Of a stretch of DNA of 64,000 nucleotides, positions 1 through 11,300 are shown piece by piece. Source of the stretch: a bacterium (GTDB lineage: Bacteria > SAR324 > NAC60-12); contig CBDDTI010000747.1 in NCBI GenBank assembly GCA_965233585.1, forward strand, positions 96,001 to 160,000, read 5' to 3'. The notes under the pieces are model-generated. The model did not search any database. It was not told the origin of the DNA and worked only from the letters and a program-made list of their open reading frames with translations. Both the position numbers and the translations under genes were made by a program. Within the stretch, counting starts at the first letter, position 1, and each line of letters begins with the position of its first letter.

Positions 1-39
1 TCTTAAAAAAGCAGGCTTCATTTTTGAATTTTTTATCAA

Positions 40-2157
40 TTAGAATGAAATGATTCCACCATACTCTACAAAGAATGGCACGAAAACAAGACTTAAAATT
101 GCAGAGAGTTTAATCAGGACATTTAAAGAAGGACCTGACGTGTCTTTGAGGGGGTCACCTACGGTGTCTCCCACGACTGCAGCTTTGTGATTTTCTGAAC
201 CCTTTCCTCCAAGATTTCCCGCCTCAATGTATTTCTTGGCATTATCCCATGCTCCTCCAGAGTTTGCAGAGGCAATGGCAAGCACACCACCTGCTGTTAA
301 TGCTCCAATCAAGACACCTGCTAATGCCTGAACACCAAGCAAGAATCCAATGACTAGGGGAGTACCGATAATCAATGCACCGGGCATCATCATTTCACGC
401 AGCGCTGCTTGTGTGGAGATGGCAACGCATCTTTTATAATCAGGCTCTGCCTTGCCTTCCATCAAGCCTGTAATTTCTCTAAACTGTTTTCTCACTTCCT
501 CAATCATATCCCCTGCGGCTTTGCTAACAGATTGCATCGTCATAGCAGAAAAAGAAAATGGCAATACTGCTCCGATAAAAATGCCTGCCAAAACAAGTGG
601 GTCAAGTAAGTTAATTTTTTCAAGAATTTGGGCATCAGGGTCTAGCGAATTAGCACGGGTCAAGAATGCGGCAAATAATGCAAGTGCGGTCAAGATAGCA
701 GAACCAATCGCAAATCCTTTTCCGATTGCCGCCGTTGTGTTCCCTGCAGCGTCAAGGTGGTCTGTGCGTGAGCGGATTTCTGAGCCAAGCCCTGTCATTT
801 CTGCAATCCCTCCTGCATTGTCTGCGACTGGACCATACGCATCTATTGTTAATGCAATAGCAAGAGTTCCAAGAGTTCCAAGCGAGGCAATAGCAACCCC
901 ATACATTCCGCCAAAAGTAAACGAGGCAAAAATCACTGCTGCAATCACTAAAGTTGGTCCCAATGCACTATGATAACCAAGAGCAAGCCCTGAAATGATC
1001 GTTGTTGCCGCACCTGTGTCAGAAGATTGTGCAACATGCCTCACCGGCTTATAGTCGTGCGAAGTAAAGTATTCTGTTAAAAGTCCAATGAGCAAACCAC
1101 CCACTAAACCAAAGAGAAAGCAAAGATAAACTCCTATTCTTGTGTATTCACTGCCATTGATGACAAATTGTTCAGGCAACACCCAAAGGCTCACAAAAAG
1201 TGCTACAACTCCCATCAAAACGCTGGAAACCACAAGCATTTTTTTAAGGGCGGGATTGACGTCATCAGCACTTTTGACCTTGACTGTAAGAATTGTTAGA
1301 AAACTGACAGGAATTCCAGCCGCAATCAATAGAATAGGATAAAGCAAAGCATTCATGCTGGAAGCAAAAACAGTTGCACCAATCACAAGAGCGGCACAGG
1401 CACTTTCTGCACATGAACCAAACAAATCTGCTCCCATGCCTGCAACGTCTCCAACATTATCTCCAACATTATCAGCAATGACAGCAGGATTGCGGGGGTC
1501 ATCTTCAGGAATGCCTTGCTCCACCTTACCTACTAAATCCGCACCAACATCCGCCGCTTTGGTATAAATTCCACCACCGACACGAGCAAAAAGGGCGATT
1601 GAAGATCCACCCAGACCAAAGCCTGCAATGATTTCCATCAAAATATGAGTTTCAACATCACTCAACAAAGCCTGCATGATAACAAAAATGGCAATCAATC
1701 CCAAAGTTGCCAGACTGACCAAAGCAAACCCCATGACTGCACCAGATTTCAAGGCAACATCAAATGCTTTTTCAATGGAAGACCTTGCCGCTGTCGTTGT
1801 ACGAACATTGCCAATAGTCGCAATCTTCATTCCAATAAAGCCAGACAAGATAGAAATGACGCAACCCACAACGAAGGCAATCGCCGTGTAGATTCCTGTA
1901 CCTGCAACATGAGGGTCGCTCACCAACAGACCTATCACAGCTGCAAACGCTATCACGAAAATTGTGAGATAGCGATACTCTTGCACCAAAAATGCGATAG
2001 CTCCATCTGCAATCGCTTGGTGAATAGATTTGAGTTTACGAGATTCTTCAGCATTCTCTGCCCCTTGATCCACAGGAATTGCAGAAACTTGTTTTGAGTA
2101 AAATAACGCGACTGCAACGCCAAACAAACCACATGCAGTGATAATTGCTGTTACCAT
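40..2157 (-). CDS. hppA: Membrane-bound K+-dependent H+(/Na+)-translocating pyrophosphatase
   Basis: Motifs [40 protein letters not shown] and [14 protein letters not shown]; many hydrophobic helices. Confidence 0.96.
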   Translation of the reverse strand: MVTAIITACGLFGVAVALFYSKQVSAIPVDQGAENAEESRKLKSIHQAIADGAIAFLVQEYRYLTIFVIAFAAVIGLLVSDPHVAGTGIYTAIAFVVGCVISILSGFIGMKIATIGNVRTTTAARSSIEKAFDVALKSGAVMGFALVSLATLGLIAIFVIMQALLSDVETHILMEIIAGFGLGGSSIALFARVGGGIYTKAADVGADLVGKVEQGIPEDDPRNPAVIADNVGDNVGDVAGMGADLFGSCAESACAALVIGATVFASSMNALLYPILLIAAGIPVSFLTILTVKVKSADDVNPALKKMLVVSSVLMGVVALFVSLWVLPEQFVINGSEYTRIGVYLCFLFGLVGGLLIGLLTEYFTSHDYKPVRHVAQSSDTGAATTIISGLALGYHSALGPTLVIAAVIFASFTFGGMYGVAIASLGTLGTLAIALTIDAYGPVADNAGGIAEMTGLGSEIRSRTDHLDAAGNTTAAIGKGFAIGSAILTALALFAAFLTRANSLDPDAQILEKINLLDPLVLAGIFIGAVLPFSFSAMTMQSVSKAAGDMIEEVRKQFREITGLMEGKAEPDYKRCVAISTQAALREMMMPGALIIGTPLVIGFLLGVQALAGVLIGALTAGGVLAIASANSGGAWDNAKKYIEAGNLGGKGSENHKAAVVGDTVGDPLKDTSGPSLNVLIKLSAILSLVFVPFFVEYGGIISF

Positions 2158-2210
2158 AAAATAGATTCCTTTACAAATAATTGGGTTTGAGTTTCAAGAA
2201 AAATACGGAC

Positions 2211-2284
2211 TGGGTCTACCTGGACTTGAACCAGGGACCAACCGATTATGAGTCGGCCGCTCTAACCAACTGAGCTATAGACCC
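2211..2284 (-). tRNA. tRNA with CAT anticodon, probably tRNA-Ile2 (lysidine type) rather than Met; CCA not encoded
   Basis: Reverse complement GGGTCTATAGCTCAGTTGGTTAGAGCGGCCGACTCATAATCGGTTGGTCCCTGGTTCAAGTCCAGGTAGACCCA folds as a cloverleaf; anticodon loop CTCATAA; resembles Ile2 tRNAs. Confidence 0.9.
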
Positions 2285-2383
2285 AAACAAAACTGGACAT
2301 GCTAACATGAAGCCCTCTAAGCACGCAAGAGATTTTTTGAAAGCGAGATTTTAGCACCTGTGAAATAGAGTGGCTAGAATGAC

Positions 2384-2412
2384 TTGACAAATGAAATTGA
2401 GCCAATTATCCT
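2384..2412 (+). promoter_or_regulatory. Sigma70-like promoter for tRNA-Gly
   Basis: TTGACA (2384-2389), 17 bp spacer, TATCCT (2407-2412), 18 nt upstream of the tRNA. Confidence 0.6.
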
Positions 2413-2430
2413 ATTTTGTCATTCTTTGGT

Positions 2431-2506
2431 GCGAAAGTAGCTCAGCTGGTAGAGTCCCACCTTGCCAAGGTGGATGTCGCGGGTTCGAACCCCGTCTTTC
2501 GCTCCA
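2431..2506 (+). tRNA. tRNA-Gly(GCC)
   Basis: GCGAAAG/CTTTCGC acceptor stem, anticodon arm CCACC-TTGCCAA-GGTGG, GGTTCGAA T-loop, encoded CCA. Confidence 0.96.
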
Positions 2507-2696
2507 TTTCCTCTAGTCTAACACTTCAACTCTATTACTTTTCCTTTTTGATTGCAGTCTCAAGCCAACTTCCCTAACCTCATTTTTAACAAAATCGGTC
2601 GCTTTCTGGAAGAGACACAAACTTACTTGCACTTGTCTCATCGGTTTAGTAAATTGGCTGATGAGTCCAATTTGAATCATCAATTTTTGGTATGAC

Positions 2697-3008
2697 ATGG
2701 ATTCTTTTGATGTTTTACTTGGCTATTTTTTACTAGGTGCATTTTTTCTTTGTCTTTTGATTCTACTTTCTCCACTCATTGCTTTTGTTTTGTTGATTTT
2801 TCCTATCATTTATTTTTTTGATGATGGACTAGCAACGGAGATCAATACAATATTGTTGCCTTTCATTCCTGAACCTATGATCCCTTTGACGATGCCTCTT
2901 GTCTCTTTTGTTGCCCTTGTGATACTTATCAAAGTAGGTAGGTGGTCACAAAAAGATGTTGAAAAATGGGAAAAGATTTTTGATCGTCTGAAGCAGAAAT
3001 ATTTGTAA
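2697..3008 (+). CDS. Small hypothetical membrane protein
   Basis: 103 aa ORF with two hydrophobic segments and a charged C-terminal tail. Confidence 0.55.
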   Translation: MDSFDVLLGYFLLGAFFLCLLILLSPLIAFVLLIFPIIYFFDDGLATEINTILLPFIPEPMIPLTMPLVSFVALVILIKVGRWSQKDVEKWEKIFDRLKQKYL

Positions 3009-3092
3009 GCACTAACTCCCGCCAAAAGCCTGATTGATGCCTGATGCGATGGCAGTTTGCATGTTTTTCCAAAAATCTTGTTCGTGTTAGTT

Positions 3093-4100
3093 TTAACAAC
3101 TTTTACGAATCACAAACTGCCCTTGTGAAAGCCTTCTTAAACCAAATAGATTTTGTTCTAAATAGAGTCTCATCAACTCAAAGGCTTCTTCTGACATGAG
3201 ACGTGTCCTTTGACGAATGGTGGAAAGTTGATAAGAGTCCCAAGAAGCCATTGGAATATCGTCAAAACCAAAGACAGCCATTTCTTCAGGGACACTCACG
3301 TCCAGTTGATGTCTCAACGCATCTAATGCTCCCAGTGCTATCAAATCGTTTCCTCCAATGACGGCTGTCACTCCCCTTTCTCTTAAAGCAAACTGATGAT
3401 CCACAACCACTTGGTAAGCATCACGATAATTTTGCTGACACTTCAGGATTAAAAGTTCAGGAAGTCCTGCTTGCTTCAAATAATCCTGCACACCATTCAA
3501 ACGGTCTTCAAATGTTGGAATTTCAGAATGGCTCGTAATGAATGCAAACTGACTATGATTTTTGTGATGAAGAAATTTTGCAACTTGGTAAGCAGATTCT
3601 TGGTTATCGCATGCTACTGCAGAAACATTGAGGAACTTTGTTGGACGATTGATTAGCACCAATGCCATTCCAAATTGAGAGCAGAGATTGGGCAAAGTGC
3701 TATTTGGTGAGATAGAAGCAGCAAAAATACCTCTGACTTGATCTTTTTTTAACGCTGTCAGTAATGCTTTGAGCTTCGTTGGGGTTTCATTTTCCAAAAT
3801 GTGTATGGAAAGCAGATGATATTTTTTGCCTTCCATCATGTGTGAAAAATCCTTCATCAAACTGCTAAAAAAAGGGTTGTGCATCTCTCCTACAACGAAT
3901 GCAAGCCTCGTCTGTTCTTCCTCCAACAAAATTTTTTTTGCTTGGTCTTGCTTGTATCCCATCTCTATTGATTTTTCCAAAATCAATTTTCTTTTAGCAG
4001 ATGAAATGGGTGATTCTCTGTGAAATGCCCTAGAGATAGAAGGCTGTGAAACGTTCAAGGCATGAGCAACATCTGTTGCTGTCATTTTCTTTCTTCTCAT
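3093..4100 (-). CDS. LacI-family transcriptional regulator
   Basis: N-terminal HTH (TATDVAHALNVSQPSISRAF); sugar-binding-like domain with NDLIALGA, VFGFDDI, LSTIRQ; divergent from the catabolic operon. Confidence 0.92.
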   Translation of the reverse strand: MRRKKMTATDVAHALNVSQPSISRAFHRESPISSAKRKLILEKSIEMGYKQDQAKKILLEEEQTRLAFVVGEMHNPFFSSLMKDFSHMMEGKKYHLLSIHILENETPTKLKALLTALKKDQVRGIFAASISPNSTLPNLCSQFGMALVLINRPTKFLNVSAVACDNQESAYQVAKFLHHKNHSQFAFITSHSEIPTFEDRLNGVQDYLKQAGLPELLILKCQQNYRDAYQVVVDHQFALRERGVTAVIGGNDLIALGALDALRHQLDVSVPEEMAVFGFDDIPMASWDSYQLSTIRQRTRLMSEEAFELMRLYLEQNLFGLRRLSQGQFVIRKSC

Positions 4101-4154
4101 GGTTTCTTTGTATTGAACTTCAATTTTAAATTTGCAAAAAATGCAAAATATGGG

Positions 4155-4220
4155 TTGACATTCATCAAGAACTGGTTTTTAATGAATGGAATTTATATTT
4201 TATTCAAAATGATGAATAAA
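4155..4220 (+). promoter_or_regulatory. Sigma70-like promoter of the catabolic operon with a candidate operator palindrome
   Basis: TTGACA (4155-4160), 17 bp, TTTAAT (4178-4183); inverted repeat TTTATTCA-N6-TGAATAAA (4199-4220) just downstream. Confidence 0.5.
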
Positions 4221-4246
4221 TCAACCCCTTAATTCTTAAATACAAT

Positions 4247-5530
4247 ATGAAAATTATTAAGCAAGGTTTGACTGATACTGCCAAACAAGAGCGAAATGCC
4301 CAAGTGAGAGAAGTTGTTGAAAATGCTTTGCAGGAGATTGAAAGCAAAGGAGATGAGGCAGTGCGTGCCATGTCTCAAAAATTTGACAAATGGTCTCCTG
4401 AAAGTTTTAGAGTGTCAGCCAAGCAAATTGAAGAATCTTACCAGCAACTGACCAAGCAGAACATAGAGGATATTCAGTTTGCACAAAAACAAATTCGCAA
4501 TTTTGCACAAATCCAAAGGGATAGCATGAAAGATGTGGAAGTAGAAACGCTGCCCGGTGTGATTTTAGGTCATAAACATTTAGCCATTGAAGCAGTTGGT
4601 TGCTACATTCCGGGTGGCAAGTATCCTCTGGTTGCCTCTGCTCACATGGGAGTTGTCACGGCAAAAGTTGCAGGTTGTAAACGCGTGATTGCATGTGCGC
4701 CTCCTTATCAAGGCAAACCTAGTGCGCCAATTGTGGTGGCGATGGATTTAGCAGGAGCAGATGAGATTTACTGCCTTGGAGGCATTCAAGCAGTTGGGGC
4801 AATGGCAATTGGAACAGAATCTATTGCACCTGTGGACATGCTTGTTGGACCGGGCAATGCTTTTGTCGCAGAAGCTAAACGTCAGTTGTTTGGAAGAGTG
4901 GGAATTGACCTTTTTGCAGGACCAACAGAAACATTGGTGATTTGTGATGACGCAGTGGACGCAGAACTTGTGGCAACAGATTTGTTGGGACAAGCAGAAC
5001 ATGGAACAAACTCTCCTGCGATTTGTTTAACAACCTCTCAAAAAATTGCTGATGAGCTTCCCCAAGAGATTGAAAAACAACTTAAAACATTGGAAACTGC
5101 TGATATTGCAGGGGTGGCATGGAAAGAGTGCGGGGGAATCATTCTTTGTGAGAATCATCAAGAAATGTTGCAGGTTGCTGATGAAATTGCATCAGAACAC
5201 GTACAAGTGATGACCAGCAATGATGATTATTTTTTGAATAATATGCAAAATTTTGGTGCATTGTTTGTGGGAGAAGAGACCAATGTTTCATACGGTGATA
5301 AGGTCATTGGCACAAATCACACGCTTCCAACAAACAAAGCGGCAAGATATACAGGCGGGCTTTGGGTAGGAAAGTTTATCAAAACTTGCACTTACCAACG
5401 CATCACAAAAGAAGCCTCTGTCATGGTAGGACAATACTGCTCTAGGCTTTGTGCATTAGAAGGCTTTATGGGGCATAAGGCGCAAGCAGATATTCGTGTG
5501 AAACGTTATAGCAAGGAGCGTCATCAATGA
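4247..5530 (+). CDS. Histidinol-dehydrogenase-family oxidoreductase (HpsN-like catabolic paralog)
   Basis: [55 protein letters not shown]; no his genes nearby. Confidence 0.85.
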   Translation: MKIIKQGLTDTAKQERNAQVREVVENALQEIESKGDEAVRAMSQKFDKWSPESFRVSAKQIEESYQQLTKQNIEDIQFAQKQIRNFAQIQRDSMKDVEVETLPGVILGHKHLAIEAVGCYIPGGKYPLVASAHMGVVTAKVAGCKRVIACAPPYQGKPSAPIVVAMDLAGADEIYCLGGIQAVGAMAIGTESIAPVDMLVGPGNAFVAEAKRQLFGRVGIDLFAGPTETLVICDDAVDAELVATDLLGQAEHGTNSPAICLTTSQKIADELPQEIEKQLKTLETADIAGVAWKECGGIILCENHQEMLQVADEIASEHVQVMTSNDDYFLNNMQNFGALFVGEETNVSYGDKVIGTNHTLPTNKAARYTGGLWVGKFIKTCTYQRITKEASVMVGQYCSRLCALEGFMGHKAQADIRVKRYSKERHQ

Positions 5531-6255
5531 GTCAATATGCGTTAGTTACAGGAGCAACAGGAGGCATCGGTCAAGCGATTGCTCGTGCCTTAGCTGAACA
5601 TGGGTATTCCGTAGCTATTGGCTACAACCAAAAACAGCAAAAAGCCCAAAACATTGTCAATTCTCTTGCAGGCAAAGGACATCTGGCACTGCAATGTTCA
5701 GTAGATCAAACTAGTTCTATCAAGCAAGCCTCTCAAACGATTCAAGAGACTTTTGGAAGTCTTGACATTTTAGTCAACTGTGCAGGATTCACTCAATTTA
5801 TAGAGCATTCTCAAATTCAAGAATTATCTGATGATTTGATAGATTCCATTTTTCAAACACATGTCAGAGGAACGTTTGCCTGCATCAGAGAATTTGAATA
5901 TTTATTCAATCAAAATGCGTGTGTTGTGAATATAACTTCTATTGCAGGAGAAAGTGCAATGGGTAGCAACATCGCCTATTGTGCGGCAAAAGCCGCAGTG
6001 GACAACATGACCAAATCACTCGCTAGAGCGTTAGCCCCTAAGATTCGTGTGATGGCAGTCGCGCCAGGTCTTGTGGATACAGAATTTGTCAAGGACATAG
6101 ACCCCAAATGGCGTCATACTCAAGAACAAAGCACAACGTTAAAACGTCTAGCCAATCCCAAAGAGGTGGCAGAGGCTGTCATTGCATGTGCTAAAATCTT
6201 AACTTTTTCAACAGGTCGTACCATCTACATTGATGGGGGGAGACATTTAGGTTAG
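5527..6255 (+). CDS. SDR-family oxidoreductase
   Basis: [21 protein letters not shown] overlap with the upstream gene. Confidence 0.93.
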   Translation: MSQYALVTGATGGIGQAIARALAEHGYSVAIGYNQKQQKAQNIVNSLAGKGHLALQCSVDQTSSIKQASQTIQETFGSLDILVNCAGFTQFIEHSQIQELSDDLIDSIFQTHVRGTFACIREFEYLFNQNACVVNITSIAGESAMGSNIAYCAAKAAVDNMTKSLARALAPKIRVMAVAPGLVDTEFVKDIDPKWRHTQEQSTTLKRLANPKEVAEAVIACAKILTFSTGRTIYIDGGRHLG

Positions 6256-6278
6256 TTTGTAATTTTTAAAAAGACAAT

Positions 6279-7430
6279 ATGAAACAAGGACAAAATTACT
6301 CTCCATTGAGAGAAGACAATATTTCTCCCAAAGGAACACTACACGGGCGGTCTTATACTTATGCAGATGTCATGGCATTATCCCGTGAAAGAGAGGAATC
6401 ACTCAAAGGTTTTGAAGAGCATTATGGGAGTCTGGTGGACTACATTTTGCGAATCACCTATCGCATCTGGGAAGATAAAAATGTCGGGCTGGTTTACCAA
6501 TACTATGCTGAAAACATTGACCTCTACACTCCTCTTGGCTGTATTGATTCTGCACAAACTGTGGTAGAAGACACCACCCGCACTTTGCAAGCCTTTCCAA
6601 ATCGTCAACTTTATTCACTCAATGTCATTGGTGGTGGGAATGACGCTGACGGCTATCTTTCTTCTCATCTGATACGGAGTGTGATGACCAACACAGGCGA
6701 CAGCATCTTTGGCAAGGCAACGGGTAAAAAAGTTGATGTCTTGACTATTGCAGACTGCCTTTGTCAAGACAATCAAATTGTTCGTGAGTGGCTTGTCCGT
6801 GATAATGGGGACTACGTCAGACAGCTTGGTTTTGATATTGAAAACATTGCAGAACAACTTGCACAAGCAGATTTACAGGCAAATCGTGTTGCTTGGTTTG
6901 AAGACGAAATGCAAGAGAGAGTCAGCCAGAAAAGACAAGCACCTCAAGTGCAGGGGCGTCCTAAAGGTGAGCATCATGTAGAAGAAGTGGTCAAGGCAAT
7001 GTTCTATGATGTTTGGCAGGCACAACATTTTGGAATGGTTGATGATTATTATTTTTTCAACGTGCAAGTGCATGGTCTTGGTGGCAGAAGTCTGTGTGGC
7101 ACACCAAACTTGCAAGAGTTTCTCGCTCAGTTCCATGCGACTTTTAGCAATGCAGATTTTCAAATCCACCATGTGCAAAGTATTGACTCTGATGCAGGAG
7201 CAAATGAAAAATTTGTGCATGTCCGTTGGTCTATTTGCGGAAGTCATGCCTCGTGTGGTCTTTTGGGGATTGGCACAGGGTGTCCATTATACATGATGGG
7301 CATTTCTCATTTTCGTTTAATCAGGGGAAGGATTGCTGAAGAATGGACTCTTTTTGATGAACTTTCGCTTTGGAAGCAAATCAAGCTGGCACAACTCAAA
7401 ATGAAAAAGACAGAAATCAAGAATCAATAA
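6279..7430 (+). CDS. Double SnoaL-like/ester cyclase (NTF2-fold) protein
   Basis: Two repeats ending GKATGKKV..IVREWLVRD and GTGCPLY..IAEEWTLFD. Confidence 0.75.
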   Translation: MKQGQNYSPLREDNISPKGTLHGRSYTYADVMALSREREESLKGFEEHYGSLVDYILRITYRIWEDKNVGLVYQYYAENIDLYTPLGCIDSAQTVVEDTTRTLQAFPNRQLYSLNVIGGGNDADGYLSSHLIRSVMTNTGDSIFGKATGKKVDVLTIADCLCQDNQIVREWLVRDNGDYVRQLGFDIENIAEQLAQADLQANRVAWFEDEMQERVSQKRQAPQVQGRPKGEHHVEEVVKAMFYDVWQAQHFGMVDDYYFFNVQVHGLGGRSLCGTPNLQEFLAQFHATFSNADFQIHHVQSIDSDAGANEKFVHVRWSICGSHASCGLLGIGTGCPLYMMGISHFRLIRGRIAEEWTLFDELSLWKQIKLAQLKMKKTEIKNQ

Positions 7431-7454
7431 ACGCTACTCCAAAATTCACAAGAT

Positions 7455-8210
7455 ATGATGACACTTAAGCAAAAATTTGCAAATTTTAAAAAACCAATTA
7501 TTGGAGGTTGGGCAAGCATCGGGTCAACCTTCAGCGCTGAGATGTTGGGACATGCAGGCTTTGATTGTGTGACTGTTGACATGCAACATGGATTGACAAG
7601 CGATGCTAACGCATTGCAGATGATTCAAGCCATTTCTGCCACACCTGCAGTGCCGATGGTACGTGTTCGTTGGAATGACCCTGCCAGCATCATGCGACTA
7701 CTTGATTTTGGAGCAATGGGTGTCATTTGTCCCATGATCAATACATCACAAGACACACAAAATTTTGTGCAAGCATGTCGCTATGAGCCAAGAGGTTTCC
7801 GCAGTTTTGGACCAATCCGTGCGGCTGTCAAATATCCAAACTATTTTCAAAAGGCAAACGACGCCATTGTCACGTTAGCAATGATTGAGACCAAACAAGC
7901 ATGTGATGATTTAGAACAAATTCTTGCAGTCTATGAACTTGATGGGATTTTTGTTGGTCCTAACGACTTGGGAATCGCCTTGGGCTACGGTGCCATCTTA
8001 GACCAAGACCATCAAGAATTTGATGAAATCATAGAAAATATTGCAAAAGCAGCCAAGAGGTTTGACAAATGGACAGGTATTTTTTGTGGTAGTGCATCAG
8101 GAGCAAAAAAAAGAATCGCACAAGGCTATCAATATGTGGTAGTGGGTAATGACAACATCTATCTCAAAAACGCATCAAAACAAGCCATAGACCAGATGCG
8201 AGACATATAG
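7455..8210 (+). CDS. HpcH/HpaI aldolase family protein
   Basis: VDMQHG, LDFGAMGVICPMI, AMIET, IFVGPNDL. Confidence 0.92.
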   Translation: MMTLKQKFANFKKPIIGGWASIGSTFSAEMLGHAGFDCVTVDMQHGLTSDANALQMIQAISATPAVPMVRVRWNDPASIMRLLDFGAMGVICPMINTSQDTQNFVQACRYEPRGFRSFGPIRAAVKYPNYFQKANDAIVTLAMIETKQACDDLEQILAVYELDGIFVGPNDLGIALGYGAILDQDHQEFDEIIENIAKAAKRFDKWTGIFCGSASGAKKRIAQGYQYVVVGNDNIYLKNASKQAIDQMRDI

Positions 8211-8253
8211 GTCATCATTCAGATTTCAGTAAATCTTAAAATGAAGTGAGAAT

Positions 8254-8961
8254 ATGAAAACTCTAGTCTGCTTGTCTGGTCTACTTTGTGATGAAAGACT
8301 ATGGAAAGACCAACAAAAAGCACTACAAGGGACGTATCAGTGCTTGTTTCCGTCTATCAGCACGCATGAAAGCGTTCAAGATTTAGCAAGCTCCATTTTA
8401 GAAACGACACCAGAACGTTTTTGCCTTGCTGGCATGTCTGCTGGCTCAGTTGTGGCATTGGAGATGTTGCGACAGACTGAAAAATCTGCTGACAAGCAGA
8501 TTGAAAAATTAGCCTTAATTGCCGCAAATCCTCATGCTTTGACTGACGAAATCAAAAACTCCATGTTACAAAGCATAGCGACCATTGAAACAACGGGTAT
8601 GGAACAGTTTGTCATGCAAGACCTTTTGCCTCACGGTTTAGGTCAGGCAAGCCAAAACAATCATCGCATCAGATCCTTGATTGTGGAAATGGCAAAGAGT
8701 GTGGGACTCAAAGCGTATAAAAACCAAGTAGCAATGCTCAATACAAGGTCTGGTGCGCTGGAACTTTTAGCAAGAACTGATGTTCCCATTTTGGCAGTCT
8801 GTGGAAAAGAAGACCGAAAATGCCCTCCCGCATTCCATGAAATCATTGCCCAAACAGCACCTCATGGCAGTCTCGTCTCCCTAGAAAAAACTGGACATTA
8901 CATCAATTTAGAAAATCCTGAATCTTTAAATCATGCACTTCTTCAATTCTTGACTAGCTAA
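8254..8961 (+). CDS. Alpha/beta-fold hydrolase
   Basis: Nucleophile elbow GMSAG, CGKED acid motif, C-terminal GHYINLE. Confidence 0.88.
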   Translation: MKTLVCLSGLLCDERLWKDQQKALQGTYQCLFPSISTHESVQDLASSILETTPERFCLAGMSAGSVVALEMLRQTEKSADKQIEKLALIAANPHALTDEIKNSMLQSIATIETTGMEQFVMQDLLPHGLGQASQNNHRIRSLIVEMAKSVGLKAYKNQVAMLNTRSGALELLARTDVPILAVCGKEDRKCPPAFHEIIAQTAPHGSLVSLEKTGHYINLENPESLNHALLQFLTS

Positions 8962-9048
8962 AAACTCACATGCTAGATAGTTTGACCCTCAATCATTAGG
9001 AAATCTTGACAACAGAAGCAAAAAACTATCGTCAAAGCCAATTATTCT

Positions 9049-10041
9049 ATGCAGAATTTAAAGGTGAGAAGCCAAACCAATAAGGTTTTGAAAAACCAAG
9101 TCATCTGTGGAGATGCCCTAGAATTGCTTGATGAGTTAGAGGACAACTCTATTGATGCTGTCTTAACAGACCCTCCGTATTTTTTAGATAGATTGGGAAG
9201 TGATTGGAATGTCAAGAAAGTTCATAACCAAAAAAATTTAAAGGTTGTGCAATCCTTACCTGCGGGAATGAAGTTTGACCGAGAACAAGGGCAACAGCTT
9301 TACAAGTGGTATCTTCAAATTTCCAAAAAACTTTTTAGAGTTTTGAAGACAGGGGGCTTTTTCTTTTCATTTTCAAGTCCAAGACTTTATCATCGTTTGG
9401 CATGTGCAGTGGACGATGCAGGCTTTGAAATCAGGGATTGCTTCATCTGGCTTTACACTCAAAATCAAGCCAAAGCCATGAGTCTTAACCATTTTATAGA
9501 TAAGCTAGACATTGCAGAACGGGAAAAAGTACAATTAAAAAATCAATTAGAAGGCTGGAAGACTCCGCAACTGAAAAGTTGTTTTGAACCCATTGTTGTT
9601 GCTCAAAAACCTGTTGACCAAACTTACTTGAATAACATGATAAATCATCAAGTCGGCTTGCTTAATTCTCATGCTAAAACTCATCAAAAAATGTTCCCTT
9701 CCAATGTCATGTCCACTGATGAAATTTGTGACTTGATTGACAAAACATTTCTGGTTTCAAAACCAACAGCCAAAGAAAAAGGAACGTACAATCATCACAA
9801 AACTGTCAAACCTTTAGACTTGTGTAAACATCTTTTAAACTTATCGGTGTTTCATCAAGACGCAGTCGTTTTAGACCCTTTTGCAGGCAGTGGCACAACA
9901 TTAGTTGCATCAAAGGAGTTAGGATTCAACTACGTCGGTTTTGAATTAAACCAAGCCTACGTAGACATCACTCAAAAAAGACTAAAGTCTTTGGATGTTG
10001 AAGAATCCCCTCTTTTTCAATCACACGCTTCAAACACTTAA
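9049..10041 (+). CDS. Orphan N6A/N4C DNA methyltransferase (beta class)
   Basis: TDPPY catalytic motif before HKTVKP and LDPFAGSGTT; no adjacent endonuclease. Confidence 0.92.
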   Translation: MQNLKVRSQTNKVLKNQVICGDALELLDELEDNSIDAVLTDPPYFLDRLGSDWNVKKVHNQKNLKVVQSLPAGMKFDREQGQQLYKWYLQISKKLFRVLKTGGFFFSFSSPRLYHRLACAVDDAGFEIRDCFIWLYTQNQAKAMSLNHFIDKLDIAEREKVQLKNQLEGWKTPQLKSCFEPIVVAQKPVDQTYLNNMINHQVGLLNSHAKTHQKMFPSNVMSTDEICDLIDKTFLVSKPTAKEKGTYNHHKTVKPLDLCKHLLNLSVFHQDAVVLDPFAGSGTTLVASKELGFNYVGFELNQAYVDITQKRLKSLDVEESPLFQSHASNT

Positions 10042-10066
10042 AACTTTTTATTCCACTTACAACATT

Positions 10067-11197
10067 ATGACAACAATCACACAAGAACAATTAGACCGCT
10101 ACACTATCCGCTCCAGCCAATTTGTTTCATGTAACCAAGCCTTTGTAGATTGCCGAACACCGGGATCTGACAAAAAAGAAAATTATTCATTCATTGGTCC
10201 GGGCGTCAGCCAGTCAGCAGACCAGTTTGTGAACTTAAAAGAACGGCACGGCTTTAATATCGGAGCCGCTGCCATGCCCAAAGGTTGTGTCAATAGTCTG
10301 CACACTCATTTTACTGCAGAAGTGTTTTACATCTACAAAGGAGATTGGGAGTTTAAATGGGGAAACAAGGGAGAACATACAGCAGTCTTGCCTGAAAAGG
10401 CAGTCTTTTCCCCAATGACGTGGATGTTTCGCGGCTTCCGTAATGTTGGGGTAGATGATGGCTTCATTTTCACAGTGCTTGGAGGTGATGAAACGGGGGG
10501 GATTATTTGGCATCCTGATGTTTTGAAAGAGGCGGCAACTCATGGATTATTCCTGTCTGTTGACAATCAGCTTTTGGATACTGTGGAAAATCCTGATGCT
10601 CTCAATGGCGTCCAATTATTTGAGCCACTGACAGAAGACCAGATGCAACAAACCATGCACCAAATCTCTCCTGAAGAGATGAAACAACGTATTGTGCTTT
10701 TTGAGGATTTGGTTTGGTCAGATGAGGCGTTGCTCTGTTCTAAAATTGATGAGCATCAATGCAGTGTCGCTCCCGTGATTGGCTGGGGAATGAGTGAAGA
10801 CAAAAACCACGTGCCTCCCATTTATACACCACATACTTTTTCGGTAGAGTGGCTCAAAATTCCTGTTGGCAATTCTGTTGCCATGCACCGACTTGCAGAA
10901 CACCAAGTTTTAAAGTTGCATCAAGGGACTTTAGAGGTTGTTCTCAATACGCAAGACGAAGGTCAAGTCTCCAACACCATTCAATCCAAAGACATTCTTT
11001 CTGTGCCTCCTCATTCATGGCGGACTTTCAAAAATGTTGGAAATGAGGACGTTTGCGTGATGGTCGTTTTAGAAGGCGATGCCCCTAAACATATTGAATG
11101 GTCAACAGAAGTCATTCAACAGGCACAAGACCAAAACTATGCACTAGATCATTGTGGATACATCACTTTGCACTCTCTGGTCAAACACGCCAAATAA
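10067..11197 (+). CDS. Double cupin-domain protein
   Basis: NSLHTHFTAEVF and a second cupin (AMHRLAEHQV..VPPHSWRTFKN); ATG at 10067 preferred over TTG at 9995, which overlaps the methyltransferase. Confidence 0.8.
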   Translation: MTTITQEQLDRYTIRSSQFVSCNQAFVDCRTPGSDKKENYSFIGPGVSQSADQFVNLKERHGFNIGAAAMPKGCVNSLHTHFTAEVFYIYKGDWEFKWGNKGEHTAVLPEKAVFSPMTWMFRGFRNVGVDDGFIFTVLGGDETGGIIWHPDVLKEAATHGLFLSVDNQLLDTVENPDALNGVQLFEPLTEDQMQQTMHQISPEEMKQRIVLFEDLVWSDEALLCSKIDEHQCSVAPVIGWGMSEDKNHVPPIYTPHTFSVEWLKIPVGNSVAMHRLAEHQVLKLHQGTLEVVLNTQDEGQVSNTIQSKDILSVPPHSWRTFKNVGNEDVCVMVVLEGDAPKHIEWSTEVIQQAQDQNYALDHCGYITLHSLVKHAK

Positions 11198-11300
11198 AAC
11201 ATGAAAGCAGAAAATAAAAAAATCAGTTAAGCAGTGAAGAAATAAGTCATCTAACAATGGAACATAGAAAAAATAAATCAGTTTTATAAAATTCAAAAAA

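Noticed and set aside
409..2097. Plus-strand ORFs over hppA, and similar antisense ORFs throughout the window
   Set aside because: They fully overlap well-supported genes on the other strand or frame and have no motifs
2431..3092. tRNA-Gly as the integration site of an island
   Set aside because: No integrase and no duplicated tRNA 3' end noticed in the window
4247..5530. Calling this gene biosynthetic hisD, or definitively hpsN
   Set aside because: Catabolic context and no his genes argue against hisD; the substrate cannot be fixed without phylogeny or assay
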